This document shows, in pieces, positions 20,560 through 29,664 of a stretch of 64,000 nucleotides of DNA. Each line of letters begins with the position of its first letter. Within the stretch, counting starts at the first letter, position 1. The notes beneath the pieces were generated by a model that saw only the letters and a list, made by a program, of their open reading frames with translations, had not been told where the DNA came from and ran no database searches. The stretch comes from an uncultured Bacteroidota bacterium (lineage in GTDB: Bacteria > Bacteroidota > Ignavibacteria > UBA10030 > UBA6906): positions 288,001 through 352,000 of the forward strand of contig CAVOYH010000001.1 in the NCBI GenBank assembly GCA_963700635.1, written 5' to 3'. The position numbers were made by a program, and so were the translations under genes.

Positions 20560-21699
20560 ATGCGCATCCTTGTCTTAAACTGGCAGGATATCACCAACCC
20601 GCTCGCAGGAGGGGCGGAAGTCCACCTGCATAACATTTTTTCGCGTATAGCCCGGTTCGGTCACGAGGTAACACTGTTCTGTTCTTCGTACCCGGGCGCA
20701 CCACGCGAGGAACTGCGCGACGGCATACATATTATCCGTCAGGGGGGACGCTCACTGTTCAATTTTCACGTCCCCCTTGCTTATCTCCGGCGATTCCGTG
20801 CTGAACAGTTTGATGTCGTTATCGACGACGTAAACAAGATCCCGTTCCTGACGCCCCTCTATGTGCGTCGCCCGCTTTTCGGTATTGTCCACCATCTCTT
20901 CGGTCGCAGCATTTTCCTTGAAACGAATGCACTTGTAGCGTCGTATGTTCTGGGCATGGAGCATCTCGGACTGCGCATGTATCAGAGAAGCTCCATGCCG
21001 TTTTTTGTGGTTTCTCCCAGCACCGGGAAAGAAATGCAGGAAAAGGGATTCCCGTCCTCCAGACTGCATCTTGTACACAACTGTGTTGATCACGTCGTGC
21101 ACCGCCCGGCTGAACACCGCCGTGCATCCACCCCCATGATCGGCGTATTCGGACGGCTGAAAAGATACAAGTGCGTTGACCATATCCTCCGGGCGATTCC
21201 CGCCGTGGTGCAGCAGATTCCAGAAACAAAAGTGCTGATAATCGGGGATGGTGACGATCGTCCTCGTCTTGAGCGGATCACGCGTGAATTGGGTGTTCAG
21301 CACGCGGTGAGATATACCGGGCATGTTTCAGACGACGTGAAGGTGGATCTGCTCCAGCAGATGTGGTTTGGTGTCACGATGTCCTCGAAGGAGGGGTGGG
21401 GTCTGACGGTGCTCGAAGCGAATGCCTGCGGAACACCGATGATTGCAGCCGATGTGCCGGGTTTGCGGGATGCCATAAAAGACGGAATAACCGGCGTGCT
21501 CACGCCATCGGGCGACAGTGCGGCGCTGGGTGAAAAGATGATTGCCCTGTTGCAGGATACGAACCGCCGCGCGCGCCTGTCAGAAGGTGCGGTCGCCTGG
21601 GCGAGTGAGTTCAACTGGGACCATGCAGCGGAGCAAACCCTTGATATCCTTCAATCGTACGTCCGTTCACGTTCATCCCCCAGCGTGCCAACTCCCTGA
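20560..21699 (+). CDS. Glycosyltransferase family 4
   Basis: GGAEVH, GRLKRYK, EGWGLTVLEANACGTP (EX7E). Confidence 0.92.
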   Translation: MRILVLNWQDITNPLAGGAEVHLHNIFSRIARFGHEVTLFCSSYPGAPREELRDGIHIIRQGGRSLFNFHVPLAYLRRFRAEQFDVVIDDVNKIPFLTPLYVRRPLFGIVHHLFGRSIFLETNALVASYVLGMEHLGLRMYQRSSMPFFVVSPSTGKEMQEKGFPSSRLHLVHNCVDHVVHRPAEHRRASTPMIGVFGRLKRYKCVDHILRAIPAVVQQIPETKVLIIGDGDDRPRLERITRELGVQHAVRYTGHVSDDVKVDLLQQMWFGVTMSSKEGWGLTVLEANACGTPMIAADVPGLRDAIKDGITGVLTPSGDSAALGEKMIALLQDTNRRARLSEGAVAWASEFNWDHAAEQTLDILQSYVRSRSSPSVPTP

Positions 21700-21707
21700 C
21701 ACACTGC

Positions 21708-22187
21708 TTATCGCCTTCTCTGTAATCTCTTCAGAAGCTGGATCTGTCCCGCGTGGTACACATCATGACACGCAATACCGTAAACGAGGGCCTCGATTTT
21801 TACGGTACCCCCCGGAGTCTTCCGCGAAAGGTCCTTCGTAGACAGTTGTGCGACCGCACTCCGCAGGGCCCCGTGAGACTCTTCCAGCAGCCTGAGATCC
21901 TGGCGCCAGAGTTTTTCGGTGAGGTTGGACTCGCGGGGAAACCAGTTGCTTCCCGTCAGTGTGAACGACCCGCGTTTGGCGCCGGTCAGCCGGCGCTGTA
22001 CGGCATATTTCCAGTATGCCGCATGCACGGTGATCTCCCAGATTGAATGCCGTCCAGGATCCGGTCGCCACGCAGCTTCGCCGCTCTTCAGGCCGCGCAG
22101 GGAGCCACGGAGGTTTGGCCCGTGCCATGCCCTGCGATCGTAAGCCTGGTCAAAAATTCTCAGGAGAAGAGCGATCTGTGGTTCCAT
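21708..22187 (-). CDS. DinB family protein
   Basis: AWHGP, HSIWEITVH, HDVYHAGQI metal-binding His pattern; GGAGG RBS. Confidence 0.85.
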   Translation of the reverse strand: MEPQIALLLRIFDQAYDRRAWHGPNLRGSLRGLKSGEAAWRPDPGRHSIWEITVHAAYWKYAVQRRLTGAKRGSFTLTGSNWFPRESNLTEKLWRQDLRLLEESHGALRSAVAQLSTKDLSRKTPGGTVKIEALVYGIACHDVYHAGQIQLLKRLQRRR

Positions 22188-22215
22188 AAAGCCTCCGGGG
22201 CGAGAAGAGACGGAG

Positions 22216-24270
22216 TTAGTTTTTGAATTCCCAGGATACGCCAAACCGTATAGAACGATCGAGAGCAGGGGTGAAGGGCGTGGAAAAATACGATGTATTT
22301 GCCAGGTTCTCCCAGAGAAAATGAATGTACGCATCGCCGATCCGCGCAATGAGAACCAGGTCCAGTGTGGAAGCCATGCCTACGGTGACGCGCGTGTTGG
22401 GCAGGGGGAAGAGTGATTCGCCGGACAACGTCGAACCACGGAACGAACTCCGCATGTCTCCCCGTACGCCCGCCTGAAGTTCCAGCGCGCCGTCCAGAAG
22501 CCGGTCCCGAAAATAGATGCCTCCGCGGACCCGGGTGCGGGGAAGCTCATTGACCTCAGTCCCGGAGCCGTCAGTCTGGAGAATGTACGCAGCGGTGCCT
22601 TCGATCAGAACGAATCCGATGTGAAGGTTCAGCGACAACTCTACACTGTGCGTCTGATGCTGATCCCCCTGAGAGAGCAGGACGGCCGGGCGCAACCCGG
22701 TAGTCGCAAAAAAAAGCGCCGAAAATAGTACGGGATTTTTGATCCGGCGAAACACATAGGTCGCACGTGCGCTTCCATCCTTCCCAAAAGCCAACCGGGT
22801 GCCAATTTCCCCCTGTGTATGGCGTTCTTCTTCAAGCGGCTGACTGCGAAACACAGTCGTATCACTCCAGAACGCCTCTGCGTATGTGACCGGACGGGTG
22901 CTGTGGGAGAATCCGCCCATGACAGACACCACATCATTCAACCGGATTGTGAGGTCCGTGCCGAAACCGCTGTGCGTGGTCCCGCGAAAGTGATCCAGGC
23001 GGCCAAAAACGGACCATACGATTCCGGAAGTGACGGCAATTTCGTCCAGCAGCCATCCCGATACCATTGGATTCCGCCGGCTGCCCATCGTAGGGCTTTC
23101 TTGTATTCTCCGCTCTTCCACATGAAATCCACCTGTAAAATTTTGGGCCCCGGCATGAAATCGTTGCCGCATCTGGAGACCGGACCACGTGACCCTGTGG
23201 TTGTGCTGCAGAAATATTCCGTTTGGCTCCAGACGATTCTCCTCGTCCCGGTATTCGCGCAACATGTGAGAAGAATATAATGATATGGAGGTCAGATTTG
23301 TGCTGTCGCCGAAGAAGGATCCCGCAATCTTCAGGGCGAGATCGTGGCGGGTGAGTTTTTCGTAGGCATCGGTGTTCTGAACGATTGCCTGTTGGGGGAG
23401 GAATGCGAGCGCGACCCCCGTCAGATCGAGGTTTATTCCGCCGTTCAGGCCGGTTTGCGTCTGGGTGTAAAGATGGCTCAGGGTGACGTCCCACTGCTGT
23501 CCTGCATGATACCGCACGCTGCTGCGGAAACTCCACTGTTCATGTCCGCTATTGTCAAAGCGTCCTTCCGTGCCCTGATACTGATATCCGAGCGCGACAT
23601 TCACCCGCCGGCTGATATCCTGATTGGCAGATCCATCGCTACAGGCATACTCATATCCTGACTCCGCATAGCGGATCGTTGTGGATGGAATGGTATGTGA
23701 TGCCCGCCGGGTCACGATATTCACGGCACCGCCCACTGCGCCGATGTTGTACAGAAATGCACGGGGGCCGGTGATGACCTCAACACGGTCGGCGATACTC
23801 ACCGGAATCACAGAGAGGTTCAGCATTCCCGTGGATGGATCTGCCGCCGGGATCCCATCGATCGTGAAACTGATACCACGCCAATCCACACCCCGTATGG
23901 TCAGGTGCTGGTATTGCCCGATACTGGATGGGTCGAAGAGATAAACACCGGGAAATCTCTGTATGGCATGTCCGAGGCTCACGGGGGCGAGCCATTCGAG
24001 TTGACCCGCGGTAAGGGACTGAGTGGTATCGGTGATCAGCGCCAGCGATCCCGCCCAGGTGTGCAGATCCCACCGCACAAGCGAATCGGGACGGTGCGCC
24101 AGGGTGGAGTCGGGAGGGATGTTGGTGTTGAGTGGCGCGACGGTTGAGTCTGGATGTCCCCGGCGTTCCTGAGCTGGTCCGGGGTGGACAAGCAGGATGG
24201 TCAGGAGCAGACAGAGCACCGCGTTAGTCCAGACTGGAATTTCCCGCTTACGTCGCCCTTGTTCCATCAT
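22216..24270 (-). CDS. Outer-membrane beta-barrel with TonB-dependent-receptor-type plug domain
   Basis: Signal peptide; plug motifs LTIRG, RVEVITGP, GGAVNIVT; C-terminal FGVSWEFKN. Confidence 0.75.
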   Translation of the reverse strand: MMEQGRRKREIPVWTNAVLCLLLTILLVHPGPAQERRGHPDSTVAPLNTNIPPDSTLAHRPDSLVRWDLHTWAGSLALITDTTQSLTAGQLEWLAPVSLGHAIQRFPGVYLFDPSSIGQYQHLTIRGVDWRGISFTIDGIPAADPSTGMLNLSVIPVSIADRVEVITGPRAFLYNIGAVGGAVNIVTRRASHTIPSTTIRYAESGYEYACSDGSANQDISRRVNVALGYQYQGTEGRFDNSGHEQWSFRSSVRYHAGQQWDVTLSHLYTQTQTGLNGGINLDLTGVALAFLPQQAIVQNTDAYEKLTRHDLALKIAGSFFGDSTNLTSISLYSSHMLREYRDEENRLEPNGIFLQHNHRVTWSGLQMRQRFHAGAQNFTGGFHVEERRIQESPTMGSRRNPMVSGWLLDEIAVTSGIVWSVFGRLDHFRGTTHSGFGTDLTIRLNDVVSVMGGFSHSTRPVTYAEAFWSDTTVFRSQPLEEERHTQGEIGTRLAFGKDGSARATYVFRRIKNPVLFSALFFATTGLRPAVLLSQGDQHQTHSVELSLNLHIGFVLIEGTAAYILQTDGSGTEVNELPRTRVRGGIYFRDRLLDGALELQAGVRGDMRSSFRGSTLSGESLFPLPNTRVTVGMASTLDLVLIARIGDAYIHFLWENLANTSYFSTPFTPALDRSIRFGVSWEFKN

Positions 24271-24276
24271 GAGTCC

Positions 24277-25119
24277 TTACACCTGAAAATGAGGGTCCGT
24301 AACAAATGTACGGTAACCCAGTGTCCGGAATGGTGCCGCGCAGGCCGAGGCAGAAACGGAGTCGGCAAAGAGGCCGTATACTGTGGAGCCGCTGCCCGAC
24401 ATAAGTGCAAAAGCAGCTCCCGCATCAAGCAGACGTTGTTTCAGATCACGGACCACAGGATACGCTGCAAACACAATGGGCTCAAAGTCATTACGGAGTG
24501 ATGTCCCGAGGATCGATGGTTTCTGCATCCCTGATCGTACCACGAATCTGAGGTCCTCCGCCTTCCCCGCTGTCCCGGGCCGGATCTGTCCATAGGCCCA
24601 GCGCGTTGCCACATGGACATTAGGGCTGCAGAGCAGGATAGCGTATGGAACGTCGAGTTGAAAATACTCTAGAATCTCACCCCGTCCCTTCGCGACTGCC
24701 GAACCCGAAGAGAGGAAATAGGGGACATCGGACCCGAGCCGGAGGGCGAGTGTCCGAAGAGCCTGTTCCGGAACAGTCGTCCCCCAGAATGAAGGGAGTT
24801 CTCGCAGGACCGTGGCAGCATCGGAACTGCCTCCGCCGAGACCCGCCCCGACGGGTATACGTTTCTCGATGTGAATATGTGCACCCTGTGTAACTCCCAG
24901 GTATTCCCGGAGAAGGACGGCTGCCTTGTAACAGATATTCGATGGGTCGCTCGGCGCATCGGGAGACGAGGATGTGACGACGAGGTCCGGGGCCGCAGTC
25001 AGATGGATTGTATCGGCGATGTCGATCCGGTGGAACACGGTTTCGATATTGTGAAAACCGTCCGGCCGTCGATCCACGACGTAGAGACCGATATTAATCT
25101 TTGCGTAGGCACGGAACAT
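24277..25119 (-). CDS. ispE: 4-diphosphocytidyl-2-C-methyl-D-erythritol kinase
   Basis: AKINIGL, IPVGAGLGGGSSDAA, MSGSGSTV. Confidence 0.96.
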   Translation of the reverse strand: MFRAYAKINIGLYVVDRRPDGFHNIETVFHRIDIADTIHLTAAPDLVVTSSSPDAPSDPSNICYKAAVLLREYLGVTQGAHIHIEKRIPVGAGLGGGSSDAATVLRELPSFWGTTVPEQALRTLALRLGSDVPYFLSSGSAVAKGRGEILEYFQLDVPYAILLCSPNVHVATRWAYGQIRPGTAGKAEDLRFVVRSGMQKPSILGTSLRNDFEPIVFAAYPVVRDLKQRLLDAGAAFALMSGSGSTVYGLFADSVSASACAAPFRTLGYRTFVTDPHFQV

Positions 25120-25166
25120 AGGGGATTCTGTTGAGAATAACGAAAAAATGAGACAAAAACACCTCT

Positions 25167-25195
25167 TTGATTGTCAATTCGTTTTTTTGTACAAT
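25167..25195 (+). promoter_or_regulatory. Putative sigma70 promoter of the DAACS-kds-lpt operon
   Basis: TTGATT-N17-TACAAT. Confidence 0.6.
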
Positions 25196-25225
25196 GAACA
25201 ACTCAGTCACTTGCGAAACCCCGTC

Positions 25226-26776
25226 ATGGCGATACGCCTTCCCAGGCTGCAACTGCACAGCAAGATCCTCCTCGCGCTGATTCTGGGCGTCATTTTTGGT
25301 GCGCTCTTTAATGTGAGCAAGTATGAGCTCGCGATCAAGTCAACGGATGGGCGAAACGAAAGCTCGGTTGATGTTGTGGAGCACTGGACGGCCGTTGAGT
25401 TTGTTGATCCGCAGGGTGCGGTGATCGCCCGTTTGGGCCCTGAGGATCAACTCAGGGTCCTTTCTACGTTCAAGAGTCTGACGAAGGACCAGAAGAAGGG
25501 AATTGTGGTCTGGATACGCCGGGAGTCGACAGATGCCGGTGGCAGCGTTGTGAAGGCAGACCGGAAATTTGAACATGTGACCGGCATCGAAAAAGTTCAA
25601 ACGATTGCTGTTGCGATCAAGCCGGTCGGAACAGTCTTTATCCGGCTGCTGATGTTCGTGGCAATTCCCCTTGTACTTTCTTCGTTGATTGTGGGGGCGT
25701 CAAGCCTGGGCGACCTGCGAAAGGTCGGTCGGATAGGCGCAAAGACCGTGTTCTTTTACGCCGTGACGATCGTCTCGGCGATTTCGATTGGCCTGATTCT
25801 GGTGAATTACATCCAACCGGGCACCCGGCTCGGGCTTGAATCACGCGAACGGCTGATGTCTGAATTCCAGCCGAATATTCAGGAGAAAATTGAACAGGAA
25901 GCTTCTCTGGACATTCAGGAGATGCTCATCCGAATCGTTTCCACGAACCCCATCGACTCCATGGCCCGGGGCGACATGCTGCAGATCGTCTTTTTCGCCC
26001 TGATGATCGGTGTAAGTCTCACAGCCATTGCACCGCACAAAGCTATGCCTGTGATAGGATTCTTCGACGGTTTTAGCGACCTGATGATCAAGATGGTGGA
26101 TATAATCATGAAGGTGGCGCCGTACGGGGTGTTTGCTCTTATCGCGGCAACGGTGGGTGAATTCGGCTTCGGGATTCTTCAAACTCTTGCGTGGTATGCC
26201 GGAACGTTGCTGCTGGGATTTTTTCTGCACCAGTTCATCACACTCGGTATTCTCGTCCGCACGTTTGGAGGGCTCAATCCAATTCGGTTTTTCCGGGCCA
26301 TGAAGGAGGTGATGCTGATTGCTTTCAGCTCCAGTTCCAGCGCCGCGACGCTTCCCGTAAACATGGAAACGTGTGAACTTCGTCTTGGCGTTCCGAAGCA
26401 GATCACCAGTTTTGTCCTCCCCCTCGGGGCCACCATCAATATGGACGGAACGTCCATGTACCAGGCCGTTGCCACCGTATTCATCGCTCAGGTGTACGGG
26501 CTCGACCTGAATCTGTCAGCGCAATTAACCGTACTGTTCACCGCCGTGCTGGCCTCCATCGGTACCGCGCCCGTTCCCGGAGTCGGAATCGTCATCCTCA
26601 TCATCGTGCTGCGGTCCGTAAACGTTCCGGAAGAAGGGATTGCCCTTATTCTCGGCGTGGACCGCATCCTGGACATGTGCCGGACGGTTTTGAACGTAAG
26701 CGGTGATGCGGTTGTCGCGGTCATCATGGCAAAACAGGAAGGTGTTCTGGAGAATCCTGAAGGAATTGCAGCATGA
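25226..26776 (+). CDS. Dicarboxylate/amino acid:cation symporter (DAACS, GltP-like) with a large insertion after TM1
   Basis: FSSSSSAATLP, LGATINMDGT, DRILDMCRTVLNVSGD. Confidence 0.92.
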   Translation: MAIRLPRLQLHSKILLALILGVIFGALFNVSKYELAIKSTDGRNESSVDVVEHWTAVEFVDPQGAVIARLGPEDQLRVLSTFKSLTKDQKKGIVVWIRRESTDAGGSVVKADRKFEHVTGIEKVQTIAVAIKPVGTVFIRLLMFVAIPLVLSSLIVGASSLGDLRKVGRIGAKTVFFYAVTIVSAISIGLILVNYIQPGTRLGLESRERLMSEFQPNIQEKIEQEASLDIQEMLIRIVSTNPIDSMARGDMLQIVFFALMIGVSLTAIAPHKAMPVIGFFDGFSDLMIKMVDIIMKVAPYGVFALIAATVGEFGFGILQTLAWYAGTLLLGFFLHQFITLGILVRTFGGLNPIRFFRAMKEVMLIAFSSSSSAATLPVNMETCELRLGVPKQITSFVLPLGATINMDGTSMYQAVATVFIAQVYGLDLNLSAQLTVLFTAVLASIGTAPVPGVGIVILIIVLRSVNVPEEGIALILGVDRILDMCRTVLNVSGDAVVAVIMAKQEGVLENPEGIAA

Positions 26777-27597
26777 GTGTCATTATCGGGACGATCACCA
26801 TCGGCAGCGGACACCCTCTGGCGCTTATTGCCGGACCGTGTGTGATTGAGAGCCGCGATATGACGTTGCGAACGGCTGAAAGCGTGCGTGCCATAGCCGC
26901 GGCACACAACACACCCGTCATTTTCAAATCATCCTATCGTAAGGCAAACCGGACCAGCGGAACCGGCTTCTCCGGGCCGGGGATGGACGAGGGTCTCCGT
27001 ATTCTCGAGGAAGTCAGCACAGAGTTCGGCCTGCCCATTCTCACGGATATCCACACGGAAGCCGAAGCATCTGCCGCAGCGCAGGTCGCAGACATCCTGC
27101 AGATCCCTGCATTCCTGTGCCGCCAGACGGAGTTGCTCCGTGCTGCGGGAAACACGGGAAAGGCCGTTAATATCAAAAAGGGACAGTATCTTGCCCCCGG
27201 GGATATGCGCCATGCTGCGGAGAAAGTGCGTGAGACCGGCAACCAGCGGATTCTCCTGACCGAGCGGGGATCGATGTTCGGATATCACAATCTCGTGGTG
27301 GATATGCGTGCGTTACCCATCATGCGTTCGACAGGATGCCCCGTCATCCTGGATGCGACGCACTCGGTGCAATTGCCCGGGGGGGAGGCGGCAGGGAGCC
27401 GGTCCGGAGGACAACCCGAATTCATCTTTCCCATCGCCCGGGCCGGTGTAGCGGCCGGGTGTGATGCCCTCTTTGTGGAGGTGCATCCCGATCCCCTGTC
27501 AGCCCTCAGCGACGCCGCGAGCCAGTTACGCCTGGATCTGCTCGACCGGCTCTTGAGCCAGGTCCTTCCGATTCACCATCTTTCAAAGGAGTGGTAG
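26773..27597 (+). CDS. kdsA: KDO-8-phosphate synthase
   Basis: IAGPCVIES, KANRTS, IPAFLCRQT, DATHSVQLPG. Confidence 0.96.
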   Translation: MSVIIGTITIGSGHPLALIAGPCVIESRDMTLRTAESVRAIAAAHNTPVIFKSSYRKANRTSGTGFSGPGMDEGLRILEEVSTEFGLPILTDIHTEAEASAAAQVADILQIPAFLCRQTELLRAAGNTGKAVNIKKGQYLAPGDMRHAAEKVRETGNQRILLTERGSMFGYHNLVVDMRALPIMRSTGCPVILDATHSVQLPGGEAAGSRSGGQPEFIFPIARAGVAAGCDALFVEVHPDPLSALSDAASQLRLDLLDRLLSQVLPIHHLSKEW

Positions 27598-28131
27598 ATG
27601 CCTGCACGCCGGTCAATACGATCCAGGGTCCTTCCCGTCAAGATGTTGCTCCTGGATGTTGATGGAGTGATGACCGATGGCGGATTGTATTATGGAGCCG
27701 ATGGTGTCGAGCTCAAACGATTTGACGCACACGACGGATATGGCGTGGTGAGGGCATCCGAGCATGGTCTCCGCATCGGGATCATCAGCGGCAGATCGAC
27801 GCCCATCGTGGAAGCCCGTGCACGGGTGCTCCACATTGAGGATGTATTTCAGGGTTCGATGGACAAGGTCACGCCCATGCGGGATCTCCAGCGGAAGTAT
27901 GGACTCCAGGAACATGAATTTGCGTTTATCGGAGATGAGCTGTTTGACATTCCCTTGCTGAGCCTCGTGGGATTTTCTGCAGGACCCCGGAACGCCCGGC
28001 CAGAGGTCAAACGTGTGGTGGACTACGTGACAAAATCACGGGGCGGCGACGGTGCGGTGAGGGAAGTGATAGAGCTCATCATTGCACATCAATCGCACTC
28101 CCCACAGGGGAAGAAAAGACGGCACCAATAA
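27598..28131 (+). CDS. kdsC: KDO-8-phosphate phosphatase
   Basis: DVDGVMTDG, GGDGAVRE; operon context. Confidence 0.9.
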   Translation: MPARRSIRSRVLPVKMLLLDVDGVMTDGGLYYGADGVELKRFDAHDGYGVVRASEHGLRIGIISGRSTPIVEARARVLHIEDVFQGSMDKVTPMRDLQRKYGLQEHEFAFIGDELFDIPLLSLVGFSAGPRNARPEVKRVVDYVTKSRGGDGAVREVIELIIAHQSHSPQGKKRRHQ

Positions 28132-28147
28132 CCCCGGACAGGATTGT

Positions 28148-29137
28148 ATGAGCGACGACCAGACAGCGATCGACAAAGGGAGGGAAGTCGTCCGTATTGA
28201 AAAGGACGCCGTAGCAGCGCTTGAACAGCGTATCAGCCTTGATTTTGCCCGGGCTGTGGATCTTCTCGCTGCGTGCAAGGGAAGGGTCATTGTGACAGGC
28301 GTGGGAAAATCAGGCATCATCGCCCGAAAAATAGTTGCCACGATGAACTCCACGGCCACTTCCGCAGTGTTCCTTCATCCCACCGATGCGGTACATGGTG
28401 ATCTCGGGATGGTTCGGAAAGACGATGTGGTGATATGTCTTTCGAAAAGCGGAAACACCGATGAACTCAACACGCTCATACCCATGTTCAAGCGGATCGG
28501 TGTCCCGATTATCTCCCTTGTCGGGCGCATGAATTCCATGCTGGCACATGAGTCGACGGTGGCCCTGGATGCGTCGGTGGAAGAAGAAGCGTGTCCGCTG
28601 GACCTCGCGCCCACATCGTCAACCACTGTCGCCCTGGTGCTCGGCGATGCTCTTGCGATAGCCCTCCTGGACCGGCGGCATTTCCAGAAGGAAGATTTTG
28701 CACTGTACCATCCGGGCGGGACGCTGGGTAAACGGCTTCTGCTGAAGGTGGATGAACTCATGGTTAGCGGTACGGACGTTCCTCAGGTGCGCAGCGACGT
28801 TCCTCTCCGGGACGCCATCATGGAGATGACCAGCAAACGGCTCGGGTGTACCTGTGTTGTCCGGGAGGATGGGACACTCGAAGGGATTATTACCGATGGG
28901 GATTTGCGGCGGCTTCTTCAGACGACCACGGACATCTCGCACATGACGGGGGGGATGGCAATGACGCGCAGCCCCAAGACCGTCCGGCAGGGTTCTCTGG
29001 CGGCGGTCGTGCTGCAGGAGATGGAGACCTACAAGATCACCCAGATTATCGTGGTGAATGACGCACATCGGCCGGTCGGGGTGGTGCACCTTCACGATCT
29101 TGTGAACGCCGGACTGGGGGGGGAAGAAGGATTGTGA
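28148..29137 (+). CDS. kdsD: Arabinose-5-phosphate isomerase (KpsF/GutQ; SIS + 2 CBS)
   Basis: GVGKSG, HGDLG, APTSSTT, HPGGTLG, TDGDLRR. Confidence 0.93.
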   Translation: MSDDQTAIDKGREVVRIEKDAVAALEQRISLDFARAVDLLAACKGRVIVTGVGKSGIIARKIVATMNSTATSAVFLHPTDAVHGDLGMVRKDDVVICLSKSGNTDELNTLIPMFKRIGVPIISLVGRMNSMLAHESTVALDASVEEEACPLDLAPTSSTTVALVLGDALAIALLDRRHFQKEDFALYHPGGTLGKRLLLKVDELMVSGTDVPQVRSDVPLRDAIMEMTSKRLGCTCVVREDGTLEGIITDGDLRRLLQTTTDISHMTGGMAMTRSPKTVRQGSLAAVVLQEMETYKITQIIVVNDAHRPVGVVHLHDLVNAGLGGEEGL

Positions 29138-29664
29138 AACGTCTCGTTGCGCTGTTGATATGCGGCATGCTGCTCGCAGGATGTGAAGAGAAGGTGAAGC
29201 CAAGGGTTGTACCCCTGTCCACCACCGAAATCCCATCGCAGGAAAGCTGGAACAGCACGGTGGTGTTCTCGGATTCGGCCCGTCTCAAGGCCGTCCTCTG
29301 GGCCGGCCACATCGCGGTATTTTCCGGAAGACAGATTACGGAGATGCGTGACAGCATCCGGATTGACTTCTACGATGCTTTTGAACAGCACACATCATTA
29401 CTCACGGCCCGGCGCGGGGTTGTTCATGATGCAACACGTGACCTCGAGGCCTATGAAAACGTCGTGGTGGTGTCAGACAGCGGGACAATCCTCAAGACGG
29501 AACGACTCTTCTGGAACAACGCCACCCGGAAGATCCATACCGACGCATTTGTGGATATCCGCTCTCCCCACGAACACATCAAGGGCCATGGTATGGAAAG
29601 TGATCAGGGGTTGAAGCACTATAAGATTTTCCAGGTGACGGGACAGGCGTTGACCGATGAATAA
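29134..29664 (+). CDS. lptC: LPS export protein LptC (lipoprotein)
   Basis: LLAGC lipobox; LKTERLFW...IHTD; position between kdsD and lptA/B. Confidence 0.85.
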   Translation: MKRLVALLICGMLLAGCEEKVKPRVVPLSTTEIPSQESWNSTVVFSDSARLKAVLWAGHIAVFSGRQITEMRDSIRIDFYDAFEQHTSLLTARRGVVHDATRDLEAYENVVVVSDSGTILKTERLFWNNATRKIHTDAFVDIRSPHEHIKGHGMESDQGLKHYKIFQVTGQALTDE

